Positions 27,621 to 40,000 of a stretch of 64,000 nucleotides of DNA are shown one piece after another. The stretch's first letter is position 1. Each line of letters begins with the position of its first letter. The translations under genes were made by a program, and so were the position numbers. The notes beneath the pieces are model-generated. The model worked only from the letters and a program-made list of their open reading frames with translations, searched no databases and was not told where the DNA came from. This stretch comes from Lytechinus pictus. Lineage: Eukaryota. The stretch spans positions 24,244,001-24,308,000 of the forward strand of contig NC_087252.1 in assembly GCF_037042905.1 (NCBI RefSeq). Direction: 5' to 3'.

Positions 27621-29114
27621 TTACGACCATGATTTTTCTGAAAATATACTTCAAGAAAGGACTGGCCAAACTGCTCGGTAAAAAGCACCTGACGGAGAAC
27701 ATTAGAATGTCGCCCTCTACTGTCTAAAACAGTACAGTTGGTACATGCTTGCAAACGCCCACTCACACGACAAAAATCCTGTTTTAGCACAAACATATGG
27801 TATGTGGTCTTTGGTATAGTAGTAGCTTTTGAAACGGACTGTGCTGCCCTAACGGAGAAGTACACTCTGACGTCATATTGGTTTTTAAAATATAACAGAA
27901 ATATAAAGAAATATATTAATGTAAATGAGATGAAAACCACTCAAAGAATAGGAGAGTTGTGTATTTTTTTAAAATCTGTGACGTAATATTCAAACGTGCT
28001 CTTAATGCGTGCATCAATATCATATAAATTCAATAAAGTGATATTTTATATATATAAAAAAGAAAATTACGTTCATCTTTTCATTCACTACTAGTATTCA
28101 AAGCCCCTCTAAATCTTCCATAAAGTGTTAATAATTGTAAACCATGGGAAAAAATATGCGGGGGCTGGAGGCGAAATGCTAAAAATAGCCCTAGAAACTT
28201 TAATAAGGAGCCCCCGAAAATCTCCATTGATTGCAATGTAAAAGCTCCTTGGTAGAGCTCATCCAATGTTGCAGATTCTGGCAAAATTCGCGATAAGTAT
28301 CCCTCAATAAAAAAAAAAACTGGCCTGATGTAAACTATACTTTCAAGTCCGAATCAATATGTGTAAGAGCCCCTTTAATCTTTTTTTTTCTTCAAACGTT
28401 CAAATTATAAATTTGGAATTGTTTCATATGTAACGCCCCCTGCCAAGGTTTTTTTTTCTTTTAAAATGTCCTTTTGATATCAATTATCATGAATTATGAA
28501 CCAAAAGAAATGTGCCAAAAATTCAATATTCAGATACCCCTTTATCTTAAAATCTTCATCTCTTTTTATCCTCTTTTAAAATCCAGTTTGCCATCAGGGG
28601 AAATACCCTTTTTTCATCAATCAAATTCTCTCTTTCTATCTTTTTCACACTATTTCCCTTTCTTTCCAATCTACGCACCAATACCATCTCCTTTATGCCT
28701 TTTACCCTCCATCCTCTGTTCAATAGGATACAAGAAATATTCAACGAGTTTGGGGGATTATTGCATGAATCAAAGACGAGAGCAATATTGACCCTAACAA
28801 ATAGATATCTCTGGTATCCCCATGAAGAAAAATCACCCAATGTAGTCATATCTTTGACAATCACGTTTCATTTGACCATGCAATACAACATAATATTGCC
28901 CAGCAAATTTTGTACATAGCATATGGGGAATTTGTCATATTTCAGCGCATTGTGCAAAACCCTGTAATATTACACAGACATATCGTGCAGACCAAAATAT
29001 CTTTTTTAAAGACCCTATCATGTATTATCACTTACACTTCATAATACATGTAGATGCAAAAAATATACACAAGGCTACATAGGCAATCACAAAGGAATTA
29101 TATAAAAGATGACT

Positions 29115-29120
29115 TTTATT
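29115..29120 (-). terminator. Candidate fibrillarin polyadenylation signal AATAAA
   Basis: First canonical minus-strand AATAAA I found downstream of the stop, followed by GT/T-rich sequence; implies a ~1.9 kb 3' UTR. Confidence 0.3.
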
Positions 29121-31033
29121 TTGTAAATAAGCTTAACCAATTTTTTTGACATCTCGTGACAATATCTCACATTACATCCCTTTTATCAGCACATAAATGA
29201 CTGCAATTCACAGAGCTTTAGAGCCCAAGATCACCAATTACATAATATTAAATACATCCTGAAACAAGTCAAAATAATCTCTGGGGTGCATGCTCGCACT
29301 TGCGTATGGGCAATTCAGTGAAATCATCAACCTTTTTGTAAGTTCGACCCCCATTTAAGTTTTACTTCACTTCATGAACTGACCAAGTCATGGTCATTGA
29401 GAACATTACACACTGTCAAAAGAACCAGAAATCAGAGACAGAAAATTTCACAAAGGTCCCAGAAACATGGGGTCGGACGTACATATTTTATGGAATTGCC
29501 CATATTTAAATCATGTGTTAGGTGACTACATTCATTCATACATAAACAGTTGTATGAAGCACCTCCCGAGGGTGTTTCACAAAGAATTTCACAAAGATTA
29601 AGACTCATGGTTAAAGGTTAATGCACACACGGTGTCTAACACATAACGTCATAGACAACTATGCAATAGTGCGCTTTCAACAAGCATGATCTGACGAGGG
29701 AATTCCTGATCTGACCAATGGGATGATGTTATATGCTATATGCAAATGGGAATTCCATTGTGATTTTTATCCCACTTAACTCTTTGTGAAAACACAATTT
29801 CTGAAAGGGGTAGATCACTTCTAGAAATGTCACTGAACTCAAATTGACAAGACTCGACTGTATGTACCTCAAAAAAGATAAAACCGACATGCATTTTCAG
29901 TCACTTTGACACTCTTTTGAGCCAAAAATTCATTGACCCTCTGAACACAATTTGACTTCAAGAAACTACACATATTTCATAGTCCTTCATGCCTGGGCTG
30001 TAATAGCCAAATAAAAGTACCTATCTTTAAGTTACAAGATGAAGAAATAAAATTTTAAAAAATGAACTAAATTAACATTGATTTAACGTCAAAGAATATC
30101 AGAACTACATGAAAAAAATACAAATAAACTGTTAAAATTAACTCAGTCCAAATTCATTTCCATCATGATAAAATAATCTTCAAAAAGGTAAGTGAAACAA
30201 TTATTTTCTTCCTTAACAAATAAGTACTTTTATATTTTTCATTCATCTTTCCTCTTTTTACATTATTGATTTTAAAAAAATTCACAATCTCAAGGACGCC
30301 CCGAATATTCATGAATGCCAAAAGTCTTGAAAATTATAACACATAATCGTACAATATAAACATTATTTACAGGAAAGAAAGCATTAAAACAGATAAAAAT
30401 ATTTAACTAGTAATAAATGGTGGCCGGTCACAAACATGATTTGATTATATAGTTCACCCATTTTGGCATCATTAGAACAATTTACATCCTAAAATAACAC
30501 AAGTCATCAAAACCGTTTGATGATTTGCCAAGTATTTTTCTTGAAGCTATTTTTTTTATGTTTCGGGAAATATTTCATGAAAGTTGCCAGTTCTTGCAAA
30601 AATGTCAATATCTGGCAATTACCACAGTAACAGCCAGTCAAGACTTGGGAGAGTTTTAAGATCTAGCAACATGTCGGATGACAAGGAAACCGTCTCCAGG
30701 TCAATGTGAGGAAATATTACTTTCTGGAGCAAGACAAAACTGTTGTAAAGCCGTCTACTTTGCAGCAGGGGAAGCTTCCGACAATCCAACATCGATGTAA
30801 CCCAGCTTGATCAGCTGTAGTCATTTAACAATGTCCAGTGGTGAGTATAAGTCTTTAGTTTTATAAACCTGATGGCCTTTGAAGATGTTGCAACATGGGG
30901 GTGAAGACAGAATAGTTTTGATATTCTTCCATGTAGAATCTTCAACACCGTTGGGGTTTGGTAGGGAAGCTATTCAGCTATTTTGGCCATCAAAGTTTGT
31001 CTGATTATTTTCATTTTCTTTCTTTTAGTCTCC

Positions 31034-31055
31034 TCACTTTTTCTTTGGTGGTGCT
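31034..31055 (-). CDS. FBL: Fibrillarin exon 10 (R-APPKKK-stop)
   Basis: gtctttcAG|A GCA CCA CCA AAG AAA AAG TGA; phase 2 fits exon 9. Confidence 0.9.
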
Positions 31056-34000
31056 CTGAAAGACAAAACATACAAGAAAGGGATATTAGATGAAATCAAT
31101 CATATTTTGTCTATTCATACAGAAAGAGAACATCTTATAAAGCATCAGATGGGCGTTTTATAAAGCTTTAAGGCCCTGCCACATCGTCCCGTGCAAGCCT
31201 TGCGGGTAACTATTTTTGCTACCCGTAGGTCGCCCACATTGACAGTATCTTGCAAGTATCTCACACGCAGTTGCCCGCAGAAGCGTACGCAAGCCTAATT
31301 TGCACGCAGAAAAGTTTTTAGCATGCTCAAAACTTGGTTGCGGGCGACTTGCAGGAAATCACCCGCAAGGCTTGCACGGAACGATGTGACAGGGCCTTCA
31401 CTACACACTGCCTGGAACATATTCTCAGGTGCTATGTCAGCTACATAGGGATATATCACTTAGCTCAAGAAAGGTTCACCAGTCATATGCAAATTCAAAC
31501 AGCTTTATGAAGCTCCCACCTGAGCGGTCAACCTTTATACAAAGTAAGTGATCCAGTAGCACAAAATTCATAATCTTTTAGAAGAAAAGAAAACTTTGTT
31601 GTGGTTCTGATATAATTATTCTAAGACCATATTGAAAGTAAATGAACTCAAATATGTAAAAATTTTGCATACATGTTATTAGTTTTCTCTTGAAAATGAA
31701 TATGTACCAATTTAAATTTGCATGTAAACATGCATTTACAAATCGACTAAGTTTTTAATCTTAGAGCATTTTCTCTTCACAGATACAAGTCAACCCGGTA
31801 ACTTCATTCCACAGCTTACCTGTATACTCCAACGACGACAGCGTGGTCTCTCTCGTAGGGTTCAAGGGTCAACTGCTCCTGGGGCTTGAGTTTCTCCGCT
31901 TGAAGTTTCTTGACCTCTCCAGCAAACACGGCTTCAGGTTGGGCCGTGGAATCGATGCAGTTGGCCTGATGGACGAAAACAAATACAACAGAATCTGTGT
32001 AAGTCAAATCCCTAGAGACCATAGAAATCTTATTGACTCAATTCAACGTAATAATAATAATAAATGTGATTTGTAATGCGCCAAATCCACTCTGCAGAGT
32101 AAAAGAAAGAGAGAGATCCACTCTTGCAGAAAAGAAATCCACTCTTGCAGTAAAAGAAAGAGAGAGACAAATACAAACATAAATTAAGGATCAATTAAGA
32201 ATAGGAAGCATTGAACAGATGCGTCTTAAGGTAGCGTTTGAATGTTTCAATGGAAGTGCAGTCACGGATAACCAGGGGAAGATCATTCCAGAGAACAGGG
32301 CCGGCGTGAGCAAAAGCCCGAACCCCCATGTTTAACGGATATGGGAATAACTAGGGAACCTGACAGGAGTGTATTTGTTGATTAGATTAATATTGTACTG
32401 TGGAGCAGAGCCGTTAATTGCATGTAATACAAGGAGAAGGATTTTAAAGATGATGCGATCGTTGACCTTTAACCAATGTACAGATTTTAGAATGGGCGTG
32501 ACATGAACATGTTTTTTTGAGAGGGTGACTATGCATGCTGTAAAGTAACATGCTTTGCATATCCAGTACCCTGTCGGGCAAAGAGTTGGGATTGAGCCAA
32601 AGCTATGGAAAGCCAACAATCCCAACAGCTGAAATGCGGATGTCTGACCAAATTGTTCTCTATATATTGATGTATATTCACGCATGCGCCAAAGTCTGGA
32701 CAATTCAATGTCCTCCCTCTTTGTTTACAATGGGGCAATGTGCAAATTTCATGCAGGAAAAAAACATGAAATTACTGGCTTTCCATAGTCGAGGTTGATC
32801 GCAATCACAGCTCTCTGAAAGATGGGGGACTGGGCTAATGAATTGCATTGGCCAAGGTGATTATTTGACTCAAGGAAGGTCGACTTAACGCGATCATTTC
32901 CCTTTGTTCTAATTTTGGTTCTTCAAAATGGGCTAAACATTAGGCTTATAGTGTAAAAATACCATCCCAAAAGTTTCAAAGTATTATATCTACAGGAACT
33001 ATTTTGGGCAATTCCATAAAATGATCAACCTTTTTGTACATCCGACCCCCATTTTTGTCACTTCACTTCATAAACTGAATAAGTCATGGTCAATTAGAGA
33101 ACATGACAGACTGTCAAAAGAACAAGATATCAGAGACAAATGTCAAGGTCCCACATATAGGGGGTCAGAGTACATATTTCATGGAATTGCCCCTTTCAAA
33201 TTTTGGAGATGTACATCAAAGTTTGAAAATAATTGGGGGTTGGTTTCAATGACTATGTGCATACAGCAATCTTTGCACCACAACACATAAACTCTTCATG
33301 AACACAGCATGACCAACCTACAGTGTGTACAAGGTACACTGAATGTACATACAGTGCAGCTAATGATAGTGTGTGCATTGGAGATACAGCAGAAGGCAGT
33401 CAACACAGCCAACAGACTTTTTGAATCAAATTGGAGAAAACTGGTCATAAGCTGAACCCATCTTACAGACGGTTCTCAGAATCAGGCTACTTGTATCTAA
33501 ACTAGAGTTTTTCATCCTATATTGTGGTCTGTTTTAAGGTTTTTGAGGACAAATACAGTCACTCATACACATGTTTCATCTCAGTTTGAGAATTTTTTAT
33601 ATCAGCTGCTCACAAAGTAAAACGATCCCTTTAAGCAGACTCTCTTGTACACAGGAAACATGTATTTCTCGCAACAGTAAGAACACAAATATAAGCTATG
33701 CGTCTCATACATCTATCTAGTATTTCTTGAAGGTAAAACACAATACTTTAACTAAAATTTGAGGAAAAAAATTAACTTGATGATAAAGGGCACTAGCGCA
33801 CCAAGTGGGAATCAAACCCTGATCACCCGAATCCAAAACGCCCGAATTACCGACCCAAACTTTCAAACCTCTGTTACAACAGGGTTCCCAACTTTTCAAG
33901 AAAACAAAATTCCCTGATTTTTCCCTGATGAAGTTTAAAAAGTCCCTGATAATTATTTAAACCCATTCCCAGTTTCGCATGTTTTCTAAGTTGTTGCAGT

Positions 34001-37000
34001 GAATTACATGTATTTCAGTATAAAAACAATAATGTAAAACTAATTAGTACCACCATAACCAGTAATTCAATGGATGTTGTTCTGATATGCAGCAAAATAT
34101 AACAGAGTCTGACTGACTACAGTGCTTTCAACTTTTGGGCCGATCAAAATTCCCTGATTTTCCCCTCATTTGAGGCATTTTCCCCTGATATGAGGCATTT
34201 TTAAAAACAAAATCCCTGATTTTTCCCTGACTGGAAAAAAGAAAAATAATTTCCGACTTTCCTGATGGGCTCGGAACTCTTTAACTACCCCAAGTGAACA
34301 CTTGCAAAAGCAATTTAGTACAAAAAATTAGAAGGCACTGAAAATCATAATTTTCACTGATTAGTTTGCAATAAAAAACGAACCTTAATTGAGATGACAA
34401 AGTGGCCTTCATTCTTGAGGAAGTTATGGGCGTTGATGGCGACTATCCTGGCTTGGTCTGGCTGTGCGACGTCAGCAAATACACAGTCTACCATACCTAC
34501 AAAATAAAATAAATATGTAAGCATACTGTTAAAGATAATTGAAAAAAGTTGCAGTCAATACTGATTTCCCAAAAAAGTCTGTAAGACCAAGATTAAATTA
34601 AATGTCTGAAAAGTCCTTTCCTAAAATGCTCCGCTGACTGACCAACAAATAAAAGATTAACAGTAATCTATCAAATACATATCTTAAAATTTGGCATTGC
34701 TTGGAGTCCTTATTTAAGATGAAACTCCAAACTATAACACCATCTAAATAATCATGAAAGTAGCTATCATCTTACAGTGCACTCATTAACCAAGTCATGA
34801 AAGACAGTCATAATAATTTTGATGGTCGACCTGCTGGAGGTATGGTGGAAAAAGAATAGATATTCACCGAGTCACCAGATTTTTAATTGATATATACGTA
34901 CCGACCAACATTCGGTATTTGTGTGGATGTCTCGCGTCTTCAATAATTGGAATGATGTTAGTTCGTTTCTTTGCTACGTTCATGAGATCACGCCCTGATC
35001 GATGTGAGAATTCTACTGCATAAACTAACCCCTCCTGAAATGAACAAAGAGTATGTTACAATTAACATCACGACTAACATATTTATTACAATTATACTTT
35101 TAAATTATGAGCAGATACAATTTACAACCACCAACATTATAATCATTGTTCTCATCATCATAATCATCATGGTCGTCGTCATCATCATCATCATAATCAT
35201 CATCACCACCACCACTACCACCATCAACCTCATCTTCATCTTCATCATAATCATCACCACCACTCTCATCATCACCATCATCATCATCACCATCATCATC
35301 ATCCTCACCAACACAGAAAACATTCATGACCACTACAAACACCACAATCACCACCACCACCGCCAGTCCTCCTTACCGGTCCAACCAGATCTGAGACATG
35401 AGACACCGTCGTCCCTGATGCAGCACCGAGGTACAGAACCTTGCTTCCGGGTTTCATGTGTATGTGATCCACGCCACCCAAGATGGCTGCCGCTAGCTTC
35501 GATCGAAAAGGGTTCCAGGCTCTGTACTCCAACTTCTTCTCTCCCTCCTATTAAAGGTAAATGAAAGTAGTTGCAGTGAACACCAATTTCATGAAAAAGT
35601 CTGTGAAGCCAAGGTTTCATTCTCTTAACATCATCCTAGATCTAGATCGGGTACATACATTCTTTGTGAATTCAAGAAATCTAAGCTGACGATTGGCAAC
35701 ACAGACAAGCTCATGTGGGACAGTGTATTATTATTGCTTGGAATAAGACCCAGCATCTGGCTTGAACGTCTTGTTTATTTTGCCAATTTCTTAACATTTA
35801 CACAATTTCCTCTAGAGTCCTTAGGCATTATACAGACACTTGGATGGCCACTTTTTTGGATTCTGTACGAACTCATTTAAAATTGTTGCCACAACTATTA
35901 TTCATAAGTCAGGATAAAAAATTCTAAACAGATTAAAGCAATATGGAGTTGGATGCACAGGAATTTCGAAGGCTATATTCCTAGTGACATAGGCCCCATT
36001 TACACATGGTCCGTTTTAATCGAGTCGGCCTCACACGGCGTCAAGCCGCCTAAAAAAAATATGAAAGTGTGTTTACACATAGCAGAAAGGTCGGTTTGAT
36101 GCCGCCTTGACAAACCCCTATTTACACATACGGTTCGGTGGCCAGCAGCAGGGCTACTTGAAAGCACGCGATACTGAGGTAATACAAAAGAGCTAGATCG
36201 ATGACGTATCCTATTGTGCAAGCCAATGATCACGTGACTCCCGAAAGCCAACCAAGTCAACTTTGTGTATACACATATGAGTATATGACCAAGGCGGCAT
36301 GAGGCCGGCCTCATGCTGCCTTCACTCGTACGTGTAAATGGGGTCAATATTATTATAAAAAAAAGAAACACTACTTTAACAAAAATATAATTTTCCTTCT
36401 GATTTATCCAGAAGCTCCAAGCATTTTTTTTTACATCATAACCCCAATAATGAAAGTGGGGGGGGGGGGGGGGGGTGTACATACCTCAATACTAATCCTC
36501 TTCTCTCCATAGACTGATTCCCCAGGCACCAAGTTCTTGGTGACCAATGCATCCTCCTTGCCTCTGGCAATAAACACACCTGAAACACAGAGAAGTGACT
36601 GGTAAAAGGAGTCTACAGCAGAACAATGATCTCTCCACAGCTCACTGTACTTTGAACTGCTTAGGTGGAGATCCATACAAATGAATATCAATACAGCTAA
36701 TCTCTATGGATAATCCCTTTTAATCCTTGCTTTGTGGTCATTGTCTGATATACACAAGCTTGGGACTACATGTAATCTATGACACTACCATCACAAAGTA
36801 CAAGGTTTGCATGTGGCATTTGAACTTAGGCAAGAATGAAACTTTTTAGGCAAAGCGTTATCTTCATGATATCTACACAAGAAAATCCATACTTTTTTAC
36901 AAAATACCTAGATATGAATATAAACAAATTCATGCATTAGTGCATGAGCAAAGGAATGATACATTCAATATTAGAAAGATAAAGATCAAATATTATTTAA

Positions 37001-40000
37001 CATCAATGATTCTGAAGAAACTTTACAAGTCAAGGAGTTTACAACTCACCATCTGCCTAAAAAAATAACACTAAGTTGTAGGTCTTTATACTCTTATTCT
37101 AAGAACTGACTTACCAACCAAACATGTGAATCTCTTTGAGGATGTACATAACACGGGTGTTACGGCTCAGACAATAAACAACGTTCTCAACAACTTGACT
37201 TCGGATCAAAGTGAAGAAATTGTTTTTGTTCATCATCGCCAATAACAAGGTCCCTTAAAATTCATGGTTCTTTCTTAAAACCTTTCATAATGAAAATATT
37301 AGATTCGAGAATGACTAACGTTTTTAAAGGGACCCTACACTCGCGAGAGTAGGTCAAAACTGGAGCTGAAATTGAGAGAAAACACGACAAGATCTAGTGA
37401 GTAAAATAATCGCTGCACTAATTGCTGATAAAGTTAAGCAATACTAAATAAATCATTATAATTTTTAAGAAAAAGCTTAAAAACTGCAGGCTAGTTTCAT
37501 GATATCAGCTACTGGAACCCTAGCCTATAATTTAGGCAGAGGTAGCCGCTATATCTCTGCTGCTACGCTAAAACCGGTGACGCGACATTTGTTCCCGCAA
37601 CAATTGCTCCTGGCTTTATTTCTTCTAAGATATAGGGTTAGATTTAGTGTCAGGTTTAGGATAGGGTAGTGTTACATTAAGGGTCATTCCATCTGGATTC
37701 ACCCAGTGGTTGCACCCGACCGTCTCAGAATTCGTTGTAAATTGGTACACATAAAATTCACCATGGCCCACGCACAAAACAAAAAAAATAGTCCAATTGG
37801 TCCGTCGGTTCTCGCGCTACGGCCTGCCCTTTTCTCCTTGTTTTGACAAAAATGGGCGTGACCCTCAACTTTCAATGGCCACTGCGTCGTAACGTGTTGA
37901 CCAATTTTCATGAAACAGGTACCATTTATTAGGAAATTCAGAGAGGAATCCAAAACATGCATCAAATAATGTATTGGAGCGATTTATTTATAAGGTCATG
38001 ACCTTTGACCTTTACTTTGACCCCCGGACAAATAATTTTTTTACTTGATTTTCGTGTATGTTAATTATTTGTATGATATTGACAAAATATGTTAAAACCA
38101 ATGATGATATTTTATGTCTTCACCTTTTAAAACTCTTCCAAAGATACCATGAAATTTCACTCTAGTCCCACATACTAATATTCATGTTAGTAAAAGTGTT
38201 TACCAGTTACATGATTTCTTCCAATCTTAAGTTACAGTATGCATGCACATGAAAATAAATTAAGCTCATCAGTTAACAAATGAAACATTAAACATTTATG
38301 CTCATGAATAGGTATCTGTTTAGGCATTTTGATGTTCAGCAATATATATCATATATATATATATATACTTGTTAGTAAAGTGTTTACTTTTATCATCAAA
38401 TTGTTGAGTATATGCCTATTTACTAACAAGAATATATATATATATATGACATATATTGCTGAACATCAAATTGCCTAAACAGATACCTATTCATGAGCAT
38501 AAATGTTTAATGTTTCATTTGTGAACTGATGAGCTTAATTTCTTTTCATGTGCATGCATACTGTAACTTAAGATTGGAAGAAATCATGTAAATGGTTAAC
38601 ACTTTACTAACATGAATATCAGTATGTAGGACTAGAGTGAAATTTCATGGTATCAGAGCTGCCAACATTGGGAAGATAGAATCCAGTAGATTTCGCGGAG
38701 GTATGGTTTTGTGAGGGAGCGGCGGAACGTTGTCCCACGGATGGGAGTTTTGGGGAGCAAAAACACATTAAGAAAAAAAAAAACATTTGATTTTTTAAAT
38801 AATTCATAAAAAACTGGATTCAACAAGAAAATACCTTTAATTGTCCAGAGGGGGAAGGGGCTGCAGTAGTGGTAAACATACATGGTAAATGAGCTTGCCT
38901 GGCCCTGCAAAGACTTATAAACTCTTTGTGGCCTGTTTAAAGTCTCTGAGGGATTCCTGTGAAAATTGTCACACAGTCCCATTCCGCTTGAAAATTATCT
39001 TTATATTTCGAAAAGTATTTTGTCGTCTTGGTCATGGATGACTCCATCTCCATGATCTCCATGGTCACTGACAATGCGATTGTAGTGTGGATGAATCAGG
39101 ACAGGGCATGCCTCGCACAGGCACAGCTCAGCCAGCGCCAGGCTAGCTCACTCCCGAAAGAGAAAATGTTCGAATCCGATCAACCCAAGTGAAAGTAGGG
39201 GAAAAAATCTCCACTTTGCTTCTGTTCTTCAGGATTGTCAATAAAATTATTCCTGAAAGTAATCCACTTGTTAATCCAATGATTGATCCACAGTTTCAGC
39301 TCGAATAAGGCGCACACAAGCTTACGAAAAACGCCTTGCAGTGCTCGTGGACTTCCCTTCTCCTGGCGCGCGCGTGGAGGCCAGGCAGCGCAGGGCTGGC
39401 CGCGCCGGGGAGCATCGGGGGAGCATGTGCATGGAGTGCCGCTGAAGTGTTTCCGTCGCACACATTGCAAAACCCGGAAATAAATGACTTGTTAGACTAG
39501 TTCACCAGTCGTTCAGTAAAATTATCTTCATTTACATTGGAAATCAATGTACGATTATACAAAAACTGGTAAAAGCTACTGGGTAAAATGAAAATGTGAT
39601 AAGGAGTTTCCACGTGGGTGTTAGGGAGTTGAACATGCTAGACTCGTAAAACAGTCGTTTGTATGAATTTTACAATTTAACAGCTAAAAATCCTGATTAT
39701 CCGGGAGATTTTGGCATGGGGTCGGGAGAACGGGAGATTGGATCGCAATCCAGTATTCTCCCGCAGGATCCGGGAGACTTGGAAGCTCTGTGGTATCTTT
39801 GGAAGAGTTTTAAAAGGTGAAGAAATAAAATATCATCATTGATTTTAACATATTTTGTCAATATCATACTAATAATTAACATACATGAAAATCAAGTTAA
39901 ATAATTATTTGTCCGGGGGTCAAACTCAAGGTCAAAGTAAAGGTCAAAGGTCACGACCTTATAAATTGCTCCAATACATTATTTGATGCATGTTTTGGAT

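Noticed and set aside
27250..27940. Poly-His / poly-Asp / poly-Met ORFs
   Set aside because: These are translations of a (CAT)n microsatellite, with no splice or domain support
35004..35564. 186-aa plus-strand ORF and acidic ORFs
   Set aside because: Antisense to FBL exons 6-7 plus an intronic microsatellite
38525..38535. CTGATGAG hammerhead-like core
   Set aside because: No flanking stems or correctly placed GAAA; it lies within a MITE arm
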